A stretch of 35,036 bases of DNA from Deferribacterales bacterium (GCA_050251875.1 JBFWMA010000013.1:1-35036), one strand, 5' to 3'; shown: positions 16,725 through 25,925, counted from the first letter of the stretch. Program-made: numbers and translations. The notes: a model not told the origin generated them from the letters alone.

Positions 16725-18206
16725 TCATAAAAACTTAACAGTTAATCCTGCCACTTCCTCCTCGCTCAGGTGAATCTTTTCACCGTTCTTTTCCGCCGTC
16801 CATATATCGTCTTCGTGGGTCACACGGATTATGTCGCCCTCTTTTATCTCTTTTTCGGTGTCTATGGAGACCACCTCCACATGCTGTCTGGAAAAACCGT
16901 AAATATCAGTCAGACAGAAAGCCCCGTCAGCGTAAAAAACAGGAATTTCGGCGCCGTGGGGGTCTGTTTCGGGATAGCCCATTTTGCCGTAAATATAGTC
17001 GATAGCCGTACTGTCGTTAAAGTGTTCCAGAACATGCGCTTTTTCGTGCAGTTCGCTGTCCGGCACACCCATATAGTGCAGATACGTTTCCCAAACCCTG
17101 TGCGCCTTTTTCAGACGGACAGCCTCTGTGGAGCCCTTCTCCGTCAGAGAGTACATACCGCCGGACACGGCAGTCATTCCGTCATCCTGAAGCTGAGCTA
17201 GAGCGTTGTTAAACACCTTATGATGCACATCCATATACATTCTGATGCCTTCCGGCGTTACAGGCTCGCCTGACTTGTCCATGGACAGAATAATATCCTC
17301 TATCACCTGCTGGGGAACCATTTTACGTTTTTTCAGCAGATCAGCCAGAAGCCCGTATCTGGGAGCAAAAACCAGAACAGTCAGAAACTGGAGGGTGGAA
17401 AAGAGCATCACCGCCCCTCCCCCTGCGCTGTTCAGCCAGACACTCAGATACATTCCGCCCAGAATACTGGTGAATCCGAAAAAAGCGGCGAGGAACATCA
17501 TCTTCTCCAGCCTGTCTGTAAGAAGATAGGCTGTGGCGGCGGGTGTAATCAGAAGCCCCACCACGAGAATAACCCCCACCATGCTGACGGCTGAAACGAC
17601 TATTAGCGAGACGCAGCCGGTGAAAAGATATTTGAAAAAGAGCACCGGAATACCGATGGACGCAGCCATCACCGGGTCGAAGCTGGTTATTTTAAAATAT
17701 CTGAACAACAGAATGATAACGGAAAGCACAGTGGCGGAAACCACAGACGACACTATCATGTCGAAGTCGGAAATACCCAGAATATCGCCCATGATGAAGT
17801 GCATCAGGTCGATGTGGATATATTTGCCGAAGACCGAAACCAGAACCACGCCCACGGCGAAAACACCCGTATACATGATCCCTATGGAAGCGTCCTCTTT
17901 GATTCTGGAAACTTTGGCGACAAAGCCTATCATAAAAACCGTGATGAAAGCCGAGATGAGAGACCCCACCAGCATAGCGCCGGCCGCCGCCTCCACACCG
18001 AAGAAAATCTTCATAAAGAGATATCCGGCACCCACTCCCGCTATCATGGCGTGGGAAAGAGCGTCACCCAGAAACGCCATCCGCTGGAGGATAACCAGAC
18101 ATCCGGCAACAGCGCACACAACGGCGACTATACTGCCGCCCGCCAGCGCCTTCAGAAAATACATTTTAGTAAGCGGTTCTATAAACAGAGAATATAATAT
18201 ATCCAT
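16725..18206 (-). CDS. Mn/Zn/Fe ABC-3 permease fused to a C-terminal DtxR/MntR-like domain
   Basis: RMAFLGDALSHA, SFDPVMA, VGVILVVGLLITPAATA; then LTEKG..EAVRLKKAHRVWETYL, HEKAHVLEH, GYPETDPHGAEIP and a FeoA/SH3-like tail. Confidence 0.9.
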   Translation of the reverse strand: MDILYSLFIEPLTKMYFLKALAGGSIVAVVCAVAGCLVILQRMAFLGDALSHAMIAGVGAGYLFMKIFFGVEAAAGAMLVGSLISAFITVFMIGFVAKVSRIKEDASIGIMYTGVFAVGVVLVSVFGKYIHIDLMHFIMGDILGISDFDMIVSSVVSATVLSVIILLFRYFKITSFDPVMAASIGIPVLFFKYLFTGCVSLIVVSAVSMVGVILVVGLLITPAATAYLLTDRLEKMMFLAAFFGFTSILGGMYLSVWLNSAGGGAVMLFSTLQFLTVLVFAPRYGLLADLLKKRKMVPQQVIEDIILSMDKSGEPVTPEGIRMYMDVHHKVFNNALAQLQDDGMTAVSGGMYSLTEKGSTEAVRLKKAHRVWETYLHYMGVPDSELHEKAHVLEHFNDSTAIDYIYGKMGYPETDPHGAEIPVFYADGAFCLTDIYGFSRQHVEVVSIDTEKEIKEGDIIRVTHEDDIWTAEKNGEKIHLSEEEVAGLTVKFL

Positions 18207-18209
18207 ATA

Positions 18210-18962
18210 TCAAGCCTTTATCAGGTCTGTAAAAACTTTCAGTCTGCCTTCGTAAACCTCTGTCAGAAGCTCCTGACGGAACACCAGAGAAGGAGGTCCG
18301 GCGGCGTATAGCCTCTGCTTCACCAGAAGCAGTTTATCGAAATATTCTGAAGCGGTAGCCAGATCGTGATGCACCACAACGAGCGTAATTCCGGCTTTCT
18401 TCGCCTCCGCCAGAACATCCAGAATGGCGCTCTCCGTGGCGGCGTCCACCCCGGCAAAAGGCTCGTCCAGAAGCAGAATCTTAGCCCCCTGCGCCAGCGC
18501 CCTCGCCATAAAAACTCTCTGCTGCTGACCACCTGACAGCTGTCCTATCTGCCTGTGGCGGAAATCGCTCATGCGCACCATCTCCAGCGAGCGCTCCACT
18601 ATCTCATGATCCTCTTTCGAGGCGTTCTTCCACCATTTTATATGTCCGTATCTGCCCATCATAGCCACATCGTACACAGTGACGGGATAATCCCAGTCCA
18701 CGGTGCCTCTCTGGGGCACATACGCCACCATGCCTCTGGTCTGCTCCACGGGCTTGCCGAAGACATATACATCGCCTATGTCACGCTTCACGAATCCCAG
18801 CATGGCCTTCATCAGGGTGGATTTCCCCGCCCCGTTGGGACCTATTATGCCCACCAGCTCGCCGGAATATATCATGAAGCTCACATCCAGAAGAGCGGGC
18901 TTCGGTCCATAGCTCACCGTGAGGTTGCGCACCTGAATGGCGTATTCTTTATTATTTTCCAT
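18210..18962 (-). CDS. Metal ABC transporter ATP-binding protein
   Basis: GPNGAGKST, AYVPQR..VDWDYP, LSGGQQQR, LLLDEPFAGVD, VVHHDL. Confidence 0.95.
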   Translation of the reverse strand: MENNKEYAIQVRNLTVSYGPKPALLDVSFMIYSGELVGIIGPNGAGKSTLMKAMLGFVKRDIGDVYVFGKPVEQTRGMVAYVPQRGTVDWDYPVTVYDVAMMGRYGHIKWWKNASKEDHEIVERSLEMVRMSDFRHRQIGQLSGGQQQRVFMARALAQGAKILLLDEPFAGVDAATESAILDVLAEAKKAGITLVVVHHDLATASEYFDKLLLVKQRLYAAGPPSLVFRQELLTEVYEGRLKVFTDLIKA

Positions 18963-19431
18963 CAGTATTTCCTGTGTCGAAACGAATGACGGAGACTATC
19001 TCCTGTCCGTCTGTGAACCAGTCTGTGCTGTCGCTCAGAACTATTCCGTCCAGAACAGCTCTGATCCTGACGGCGTTGTCTCCGGAACCTGAAACCGGGG
19101 CGGATGTCACCATCACCTCGTGCTGACCGTCCGAGATATTCACAGCCTTCAGAATCAGCGGCTCACCCTTTTCTATGCCTGTATCCGCCTCATAGACTGC
19201 TTTTCCGTCCAGGGCAACTGTGAATGCTTTCTGTTTTTCATCTGATATATTAAGAGCGAAAGGGTCTTTCTCTGTGCTGAACGTGGTAGTGATCTCTATG
19301 CTGATGTCCCTATCCGGAGCGATTTTCAGCGCTCCGTCATGCCCGCCTGATGGGGTATTTCTGAACACGAAGAATGTCAGCACCACAGCGGCGGTAACAG
19401 TCCAGACAGCTAAAGTCAGTAAAAATCTCAT
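18952..19431 (-). CDS. Hypothetical membrane-anchored beta-rich protein in the metal ABC operon
   Basis: 159 aa, N-terminal TM segment, overlaps both neighbours in operon fashion. Confidence 0.7.
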   Translation of the reverse strand: MRFLLTLAVWTVTAAVVLTFFVFRNTPSGGHDGALKIAPDRDISIEITTTFSTEKDPFALNISDEKQKAFTVALDGKAVYEADTGIEKGEPLILKAVNISDGQHEVMVTSAPVSGSGDNAVRIRAVLDGIVLSDSTDWFTDGQEIVSVIRFDTGNTDGK

Positions 19432-20312
19432 TTAAGACCTCTGACTATTTTTAACACATTTTCACGCATCATACCTATATAAGTTTCCCCGGGAGTGCCT
19501 TCGTCCCCCATAGAATCGGAATAGAGCGAACCGCCCACGTTTACTCCGGCATCAGCGGCGATCTCTCTTATCAGTTTCGGATTGATAGTGGTCTCGAAAA
19601 ATATAGTGCGGACGCCCATCTCTTTTATGGAGCGCACAGCCTTCTCGCGTCTTTCAGGCGTAACACCGCCGCCGACCTCGCTTCCGGTGGACCAGCCGAT
19701 GGGAGCAGTGTTCACAAATCCGTATGCGGCAGCGAAATAGTTAAAGGCATCGTGGTTAGTCACCAGAACACGCCTGTCCGGAGGGATGACGGACACCTCT
19801 TTTTTTATCCAGCCGTCCAGAGCCCTCAGCTGTGCCAGATAGAGCTTTGCCCTCATAACAAAATTATCTTTTTTATCAGGCTCTATGTGGATGAGAGCCC
19901 GTGTGATGTTGTTTACATATACTGCAGCGTTCTGCGGGGTGAACCAAGCGTGGGGGTCGTTTATCTTCTCTCCGTGCGCCTCCAGAGTGAGAGGAACAAT
20001 ACCGTCAGAAGCAGTCACCAGAGGCTTTTTAGCGTCTGCCGCCAGATTCTTCATCCAGTTTTTGCCCTCAAGATGGAGCCCGTTCTCTATGACGACATCA
20101 GCGGACTTCACCTTCTCTATGTCGGCCGGCACAGGGGAATATGTATGCGGATCCTGACCGGGCGCCAGAATGCTCATAACCTTCACATCGTCACCGGCGA
20201 TATTTTTTGTCATGTCATAAATCTGAGTAGTTGACACAACCGCAACTGTCTGTGCGAAAAGGAGATAAGGTAAGTTCAGGACAAATAAGAATAATACAGA
20301 CCTGAAAAACAT
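19428..20312 (-). CDS. Metal ABC transporter substrate-binding protein (TroA/MntC family)
   Basis: DPHTY, NGLHLEG, DPHAW, VTNHDAFNYF, LYSDS; ATG 20312 with GGAGCGG RBS preferred over TTG 20351. Confidence 0.93.
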   Translation of the reverse strand: MFFRSVLFLFVLNLPYLLFAQTVAVVSTTQIYDMTKNIAGDDVKVMSILAPGQDPHTYSPVPADIEKVKSADVVIENGLHLEGKNWMKNLAADAKKPLVTASDGIVPLTLEAHGEKINDPHAWFTPQNAAVYVNNITRALIHIEPDKKDNFVMRAKLYLAQLRALDGWIKKEVSVIPPDRRVLVTNHDAFNYFAAAYGFVNTAPIGWSTGSEVGGGVTPERREKAVRSIKEMGVRTIFFETTINPKLIREIAADAGVNVGGSLYSDSMGDEGTPGETYIGMMRENVLKIVRGLK

Positions 20313-20457
20313 ATTCCGCTCCGAAAAAAAATTGTTGATATTTTTTATCAATATCTAATAATATAATTCAAACAGTCAGGTAAATGAAAGGATTTTTATT
20401 CATTTCCTGCTGAAAACACAATAACCAAACTATTATTAATTAACCGGAGACGTGATT

Positions 20458-20862
20458 ATGTACGACAAAATGCTCAGAGAACGCGAACTCAAGGTTACGC
20501 CCCAGCGTATTTTTATCCTTGAGGAGATCAGAAAAATGGGACACGCAGGTATTGAAGATCTGCACGACAAGGTAAAAGAGGTCTATTCCTCTGTGAGCCT
20601 TGCAACCATCTACAAGAATATTCATATTCTGGTGGATGAAAATATCCTCAGGGAAGTTCCCGTCCACGGCAGAAAATCCGTGTATGAGATCAACATCGGA
20701 GACCATGTGCACATGTGCTGTACAAAATGCGGTGAGATCACCGACATAATGAACATAGATACCAGACCTATGATTCTGGAGGCTGAGAGACAGTCCGGTC
20801 AGCCCTATGAAAGAATCGCCGTTATGCTTCAGGGCGTCTGCCCCAAGTGCAGAAACAACTAA
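20458..20862 (+). CDS. Fur family transcriptional regulator (PerR-like)
   Basis: LKVTPQR, SLATIYKNI, HVHMCCTKCGEITD, GVCPKC; ATG 20458 with GGAG RBS. Confidence 0.92.
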   Translation: MYDKMLRERELKVTPQRIFILEEIRKMGHAGIEDLHDKVKEVYSSVSLATIYKNIHILVDENILREVPVHGRKSVYEINIGDHVHMCCTKCGEITDIMNIDTRPMILEAERQSGQPYERIAVMLQGVCPKCRNN

Positions 20863-20884
20863 TTTTTTTTTAAGATGATATAAG

Positions 20885-20912
20885 AAAGGCGGAGCAATGC
20901 TCCGCCTTTTTT
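20885..20912. terminator. Bidirectional intrinsic terminator
   Basis: AAAGGCGGAGC-AAT-GCTCCGCCTTTTTT between convergent fur and ompA. Confidence 0.9.
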
Positions 20913-20913
20913 G

Positions 20914-22074
20914 TTATCTGACTACAGTTTCTATTCTGCGGTTTTTGAACATGTTTTCGGGTGTGTCGTTAGGCACTATGGGCTGTTCCTCGCCATATCC
21001 TACCGCTGTCATTCTGTCAGCGGATACGCCGTATTTCACAAGCTCTTTCATAACTGACTCTGCTCTGCGCTGAGACAGTTTTTTGTTGTATGAAGCGCTT
21101 CCTTTGCTGTCTGTGTGTCCCTGAATCTCGATTTTAACACCGGAATCAGCTACCAGATAGTTTGCGAAGGCTTTGATCTCAGAGTCATAACCGTCTTCGA
21201 TCTCGGCGCTGTTTGTTTTGAAGTTTACATTAAGAGTAAGAGCCTCAAAGCATCCTTCAGCGGAGACTTTAACGCCTTTGATTGTGCCGGGGCATTTGTC
21301 CATATAGTCGTAAATGCCGTCACCGTCAGAGTCAAGACAGCATCCGTCTGCGTTCACAGCGGCGCCTGCGGGTGTTGCGGGGCATTTGTCGGCATAGTCT
21401 TTCACGCCGTCACCGTCAGAATCCAGACAGCATCCGTCAGCGTCAACAGCGGCGCCTGCGGGTGTCCCAGGGCATTTATCAGCGTCATCAAAAACGCCGT
21501 CACCGTCTGAATCCACAGGTTTTTTCTCTTCCACAGCCGCAGCGGGAGCGGGTTCAGCGGCGGGTTCCTCTTTCACTGCGGGTTTGCTGCCGCCGAAAAG
21601 GAAGCTGAGACCGACAGAGGGAACTATGTCGTTGCGTGAGCCTGTCATGAACATATCTTTCACACGGAAATCGATGTTCATGTTTTTATAAACGGGATAA
21701 GCGGCGCCTACACCGGCGGCGATGAGACCGTTAGTGTCATCGTGGAGCATTCCGCCCACGCCGAAGAAGAAGTAGGGTTTAAGCTGTCCGATCTCGAAAT
21801 ATTTCACAAGGTTCAGCTCAGCGGTAACGGCGTTCACATTGTCGCTGCCGTGATCTTCCTCTGTGGGTGCCAGATCGAGCTCGAGTTCTGCGGCGAATTT
21901 ATCAGCCAGAAAACCACCAAGTCTGATTCCGGCTTCAACACTGTCGTCCAGGTCGTGTTCACTATCGAAAAAGTGATAGCCGAGAAGAGGAGCGACATAG
22001 GTAGTGCCCTTCTCATAGGCGGAGGCGCTGACGGCAAATGTTACTGCCATCATTAACAGAATAAGTTTTTTCAT
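20914..22074 (-). CDS. OmpA/OprF-like outer membrane protein with TSP3-like repeats
   Basis: Signal peptide MKKLILL..ASA, beta-barrel region, DSDGDG repeats, OmpA domain IQGHTDSKGSASYNKKLSQRRAESV...NRRIE; start at 22074. Confidence 0.93.
   Translation of the reverse strand: MKKLILLMMAVTFAVSASAYEKGTTYVAPLLGYHFFDSEHDLDDSVEAGIRLGGFLADKFAAELELDLAPTEEDHGSDNVNAVTAELNLVKYFEIGQLKPYFFFGVGGMLHDDTNGLIAAGVGAAYPVYKNMNIDFRVKDMFMTGSRNDIVPSVGLSFLFGGSKPAVKEEPAAEPAPAAAVEEKKPVDSDGDGVFDDADKCPGTPAGAAVDADGCCLDSDGDGVKDYADKCPATPAGAAVNADGCCLDSDGDGIYDYMDKCPGTIKGVKVSAEGCFEALTLNVNFKTNSAEIEDGYDSEIKAFANYLVADSGVKIEIQGHTDSKGSASYNKKLSQRRAESVMKELVKYGVSADRMTAVGYGEEQPIVPNDTPENMFKNRRIETVVR
21250..21513 (-). repeat. Three intragenic 90-bp (30-aa) TSP3-like repeats
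   Basis: DSDGDGxxDxxDKCPxTxxGxxVxAxGC x3. Confidence 0.9.
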
Positions 22075-22154
22075 TATCCATCTCCAAATTGTTAGTGGAG
22101 AATCGTAACATAGAAACAAACCTTATCCTACTACCAGAAATGAGCTTGGATGTG

Positions 22155-22183
22155 AAAAAGACCCGGCTGTAACAACCGGGTCT
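22155..22183 (-). terminator. Intrinsic terminator after ppiD
   Basis: Minus strand AGACCCGGTTG-TTA-CAGCCGGGTCT followed by a T run. Confidence 0.85.
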
Positions 22184-22202
22184 GAAAGGACTTTTTGATT
22201 TT

Positions 22203-24101
22203 TTACTGCATGTACTGCTGATATCTGGGGCTTGCTTTTATCACTGCCTCTTTTTTCAGGGCATTGATATAATCTTTAAGCGCCTCAGCGGATTTGACTC
22301 CCAGAAGAGCGGAAGAGATCTGATCTTTCTGCTCACTCAGTTTATCCTGAGCGGGTTTTGTAAGAGAATCCACCTGAACCAGATATACCTTTCTGCCGAG
22401 CACATAGGGCTCTTTCAGAAAAGATACGGGTTTAGATGAAAATATGCTGTCCATCAGTTCGTTGTTCATACCCAGCCCGGCTATGGGCTCTGAGCGGATA
22501 AAAGCGGGAGAAACGCTGAAAACCTTGCCGGATTTATCTGAGGCGTCTTTTACAGAGGCGGAGCTCAGATATACTTTCGCTGTCGCTTTCATGGCTTCGA
22601 GGCTTTTCACTGCTTTATAGTCGTCAGTTACGTTCGCTTTTATGTCATCCAGTTTGGGGATGTATGATTCATATTTTTCTGTCATCTCAAAGATCATTTT
22701 TTTGTTGCCGAGGTCTATGAGCTGGCTGATCTCTGTTTTGTTCAGGTTCATTATCTTTTTCAGAACATCGGGCATAGCCGCCAGAGGAGTACCCTCGCCT
22801 GTTTCTGTTATGCCTTTAATCTCTGCCACGGGGAGCTTCTGCTCTGATTTTTCGTTATAAGCGGATATGTTGGAGGCATTGACTATCTCTTTGTATTTGT
22901 CATAGACGGCTGTTCTGAAAGAAGCCTGTCCTTTTTCCTGTTTGATAGCCTCTATAACCACGTCTCTCACCTGATCGATGGTGGGGTTTGTGGCTTCTTT
23001 GCGGTCTGTCACTTTGATAATGTGAAAGCCGTACTGAGTCTTAACAATGTCGGATACTTCGCCTGTTTTCAGGGCGAAAGCGGCTGTTTCGAAAGGCACA
23101 ACCATCTGACCTTTGGGGAAATAACCAAGGTCTCCGCCGTTGCTGGCGCTGCCGTCCTCAGAATATTTTTTAGCTTCTTCGGCAAAATCAGCTCCGGCTT
23201 TGATCTCTGCCAGAACTTTTTTGGCGAGCTGAAATTTTTCGTTGGCTTCCTTATCGTTTTTGAAGTCGGAAACTTTTATAAGGATGTGAGAGGCTTTAAC
23301 CTCTTCCGGCTGAGAGAGAGCCTCTTTGTTTTTAATGAAATAAGCCTCTATCTCGGCGTCTGTCACTTTAATATCGGGAACATATGTGGCGGGGTCGAAA
23401 ACCACAGCTTTGAAATCCGCCTTTTGGGGAACTCTGTAGTCATCTTTGTGCTCGTCATAATATTTGGCTATATCGGCATCTGTGTATTTCACACCGGACA
23501 GAGCGTCATCGGCGCTGAACTCTATAAAGCTGACAACAGCCTGTGTGTTTCTGTAGTTGTATTCATTCATTATCTCAGCGTCTGACACAGTCACGCTCTT
23601 TTTGATGATCTCTGTCATCTTCTGAACGGTGATGTCTGATCTCACGCTGGCTTCGAATATCTGGGGAGTCATTCTGTTTCTGGAGAGCAGTTCAGTGTAT
23701 CTCTCTTTGTCGAACTTGCCGTCTGTCTGGAAAGCCTGCATGCTCTGGATATATGATGCCACTTCTGCGTCAGAAACGGGTATTTTCAGCCTTTTCGCCT
23801 CATTGGTGAGAAGAGCCTCGTTGATTACCTGACTCATTACTGTTTTTTCGATTGTATCGTTTTTAAGAAGCTGATCTACGTTGTTGCCGAAGAGTCTGCG
23901 GAAATTTTCTCTGGTGGATTCTACTTTCTGCTGGAAATCTGTGGTGCTGATCTTAACGCCGTCTACTTCGACAGCCAGATTAGCCTCAGCCGTCTTATCT
24001 CCCATGCCCCAAACGAAAAATATCGTGCCGACAAATGCCGCGATTACAAACCAAAGGGCAAAGGCTGTGAGTTTTTTTTTGTTTCTAAGAGTGGAGATCA
24101 T
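22203..24101 (-). CDS. ppiD: PpiD/SurA-like periplasmic chaperone with parvulin PPIase domain
   Basis: N-terminal TM anchor, SurA_N (FQTDGKFDKERY), parvulin ASHILI...SED..SASNGGDLGYF...FETAAF...YGFHIIK; ATG 24101 with GAGG RBS. Confidence 0.88.
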   Translation of the reverse strand: MISTLRNKKKLTAFALWFVIAAFVGTIFFVWGMGDKTAEANLAVEVDGVKISTTDFQQKVESTRENFRRLFGNNVDQLLKNDTIEKTVMSQVINEALLTNEAKRLKIPVSDAEVASYIQSMQAFQTDGKFDKERYTELLSRNRMTPQIFEASVRSDITVQKMTEIIKKSVTVSDAEIMNEYNYRNTQAVVSFIEFSADDALSGVKYTDADIAKYYDEHKDDYRVPQKADFKAVVFDPATYVPDIKVTDAEIEAYFIKNKEALSQPEEVKASHILIKVSDFKNDKEANEKFQLAKKVLAEIKAGADFAEEAKKYSEDGSASNGGDLGYFPKGQMVVPFETAAFALKTGEVSDIVKTQYGFHIIKVTDRKEATNPTIDQVRDVVIEAIKQEKGQASFRTAVYDKYKEIVNASNISAYNEKSEQKLPVAEIKGITETGEGTPLAAMPDVLKKIMNLNKTEISQLIDLGNKKMIFEMTEKYESYIPKLDDIKANVTDDYKAVKSLEAMKATAKVYLSSASVKDASDKSGKVFSVSPAFIRSEPIAGLGMNNELMDSIFSSKPVSFLKEPYVLGRKVYLVQVDSLTKPAQDKLSEQKDQISSALLGVKSAEALKDYINALKKEAVIKASPRYQQYMQ

Positions 24102-24135
24102 AATGAAGTACCTCGTAAGGTTTATGGTTAAATAA

Positions 24136-24240
24136 GGCCCGACAGGGTGACTCCGGCACACAAGATATTCCACTACCGTTGCTTTCTTCCGAACCTGGCG
24201 GAGTTCGCAGAAACCTTGTTGCAGAGACCCCATCGGGCCA
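24136..24240 (-). ncRNA. ffs: Signal recognition particle RNA (small bacterial SRP, 4.5S)
   Basis: Minus strand GAACTCCGCCAGGTTC-GGAA-GAAAGCAACGGTA (domain IV) within a long stem closed by GGCCCGA/TCGGGCC. Confidence 0.93.
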
Positions 24241-24267
24241 GCCTGATATTTAAATGTAAAACAGCAA

Positions 24268-24356
24268 CGGAGAGGGAGGGATTCGAACCCTCGGAACGCG
24301 TTAACGTTCACACACTTTCCAGGCGTGCTCCTTCAACCTGACTCGGACACCTCTCC
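24268..24356 (-). tRNA. tRNA-Ser(GGA)
   Basis: GGAGAGG acceptor, anticodon loop CT-GGA-AA, long variable arm, GAGGGTTCGAATCCCTC T arm; CCA not encoded. Confidence 0.97.
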
Positions 24357-24371
24357 TAAAAAGGAATCAAA

Positions 24372-24400
24372 TGTATATCAGCCTTTTTATTTGATGTCAA
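24372..24400 (-). promoter_or_regulatory. Putative sigma70 promoter for tRNA-Ser/ffs
   Basis: Minus strand TTGACA-N17-TATACA with TG upstream of the -10. Confidence 0.55.
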
Positions 24401-24428
24401 TAGATTGCTTTAAGTTCGTTAAAAAATT

Positions 24429-24851
24429 CTAACGCTCTCTTTCTTTCAGAAGCAGCCGGGGCTTTTTATCCGTTACGGGCAGTTTATAGTAAATGTATGT
24501 TGTTGTCCAGACATCACTGCATTCAGCTATTCTGGCGGCGACATCCACTGTCTCTCCGGACATATCCACAGAGTCCACGGCGATGCACTCACCCTTCTGC
24601 GGTTTTCCCAGCCAGACAGCCAGAAGACTGTTTCCGCTGTAGTCGAATCCAGTATCTTTCTTTATCAGGCTTCTGCCCATGTGCCATGAGGCATATGCCG
24701 TCTCATCAGAAAAAATCTCCGCCCCGCTCAGAGGTCTTGATATAGGCCTCAGCCCCTCCACACGCTCGTATTCGGTCTTTTGCGGGCGTTTCGTAAACCC
24801 GTACATCAGCAGGGAAATCAGTATGACAAAAAGAATTGTAACTTTTTTCAT
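24429..24851 (-). CDS. Exported hypothetical protein, weakly PrcB C-terminal-like
   Basis: 140 aa, N-terminal hydrophobic segment; FDYSGNSLLAVWLG...IAVDSV...VDV...TYIYYKLP pattern. Confidence 0.6.
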   Translation of the reverse strand: MKKVTILFVILISLLMYGFTKRPQKTEYERVEGLRPISRPLSGAEIFSDETAYASWHMGRSLIKKDTGFDYSGNSLLAVWLGKPQKGECIAVDSVDMSGETVDVAARIAECSDVWTTTYIYYKLPVTDKKPRLLLKERER

Positions 24852-24914
24852 TTTACACCATTATTGATTTAATGCATTATTACAATATGATTACTATATC
24901 CCCGGAGAGGTCAG

Positions 24915-25925
24915 ATGTTAAGACATATCAGGAAATTATTGCTAATTTTAACGATTACGGCTGCTTTTTCCACAACCCACGCTGAAGACAGCATCACCGC
25001 CAGAATCATAGGCGGTCTGGAGGTCAGCACAGGCAGTCTGCCTTTCGTGGTGGCTCTTCTGAATACAACAGGCTCTACTGAGTATGATCAGCAGTTCTGC
25101 GGAGGCACCCTTATAACTAATACATGGGTTATGACGGCGGCGCACTGCGTGGATGATCTCAGTGCCCCATACAGCAACCTTAAGATTATGGCGGGAAGCG
25201 TTGATCTCTCGACAACGGCTGCGGGAGTCCATGAAACGCTCAGCGTCACCGATGTCCACATCCACCCTTTATATAACCCGTCCACATACAACAACGACAT
25301 AGCCCTTATAGAGCTCTCATCTCCCGTTATTACAGGCTCCCCTGTGGACTATGTATCTACAGCGGCATTTCCTTACTACACCACAGGGCTCTACGCTCTG
25401 GTGGCAGGATGGGGTTCCACATCATATCCCGCGCCCTACAACTATCCGTCAACAATGAGAGACGTGTCCGTCCCTATGGTGGATGACACAATCTGCGACT
25501 CTGTCTACCCCAACTATACTACCAAAATGGTCTGCGCAGGGTATGCGGACGGCGGAAGAGACTCATGTTTCGGTGACAGCGGCGGTCCTCTTCTGTCCAC
25601 AGACGGTACTGATTTTGCCGTGATAGGCGTTGTCAGCTTCGGCGAGGGATGCGCTGTTTCAGGATATTACGGCGTCTATACCAAAGTCAGCCAGTTCACA
25701 GCGTGGATTGAAGGATACACAGGCGCTCTGGCGACCAATCCCACATTCACCCCCGTGAACACAGCGGTATTCGGTCCTCTCTATGTTCCGCCTACCACTC
25801 CCGTAACAACAGGCGGCGGCGGAGGCGGAGGAGGATGCTCAGCCTCTAAAGACGGCTCTCCCATAGGCTTTATCCTGATGCTCTCAGCGGCGGGAATATA
25901 TTTTATAAGAAGAAGATTCCAGTAA
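24915..25925 (+). CDS. Trypsin-like S1 serine protease with Gly-rich/Cys C-terminal sorting signal
   Basis: Signal peptide, R-IIGG activation site, TAAHC, NNDIAL, DSCFGDSGGP, GVYTKV; tail G8-C, TM helix, RRR. Confidence 0.93.
   Translation: MLRHIRKLLLILTITAAFSTTHAEDSITARIIGGLEVSTGSLPFVVALLNTTGSTEYDQQFCGGTLITNTWVMTAAHCVDDLSAPYSNLKIMAGSVDLSTTAAGVHETLSVTDVHIHPLYNPSTYNNDIALIELSSPVITGSPVDYVSTAAFPYYTTGLYALVAGWGSTSYPAPYNYPSTMRDVSVPMVDDTICDSVYPNYTTKMVCAGYADGGRDSCFGDSGGPLLSTDGTDFAVIGVVSFGEGCAVSGYYGVYTKVSQFTAWIEGYTGALATNPTFTPVNTAVFGPLYVPPTTPVTTGGGGGGGGCSASKDGSPIGFILMLSAAGIYFIRRRFQ

Noticed and set aside
24072..24080. Phase-variable A9 tract in ppiD
   Set aside because: It encodes the basic KKK before the TM anchor, the frame is intact, and A/T runs are common in this window.
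24102..24311. N-terminal extension of PpiD in the ORF track (702 aa)
   Set aside because: It overlaps the SRP RNA and tRNA-Ser; ATG 24101 has an RBS and gives the typical PpiD N-terminus.
24268..24356. tRNA-Ser as an island integration site
   Set aside because: No duplicated tRNA 3' end or integrase was seen, and ffs and ppiD follow directly.
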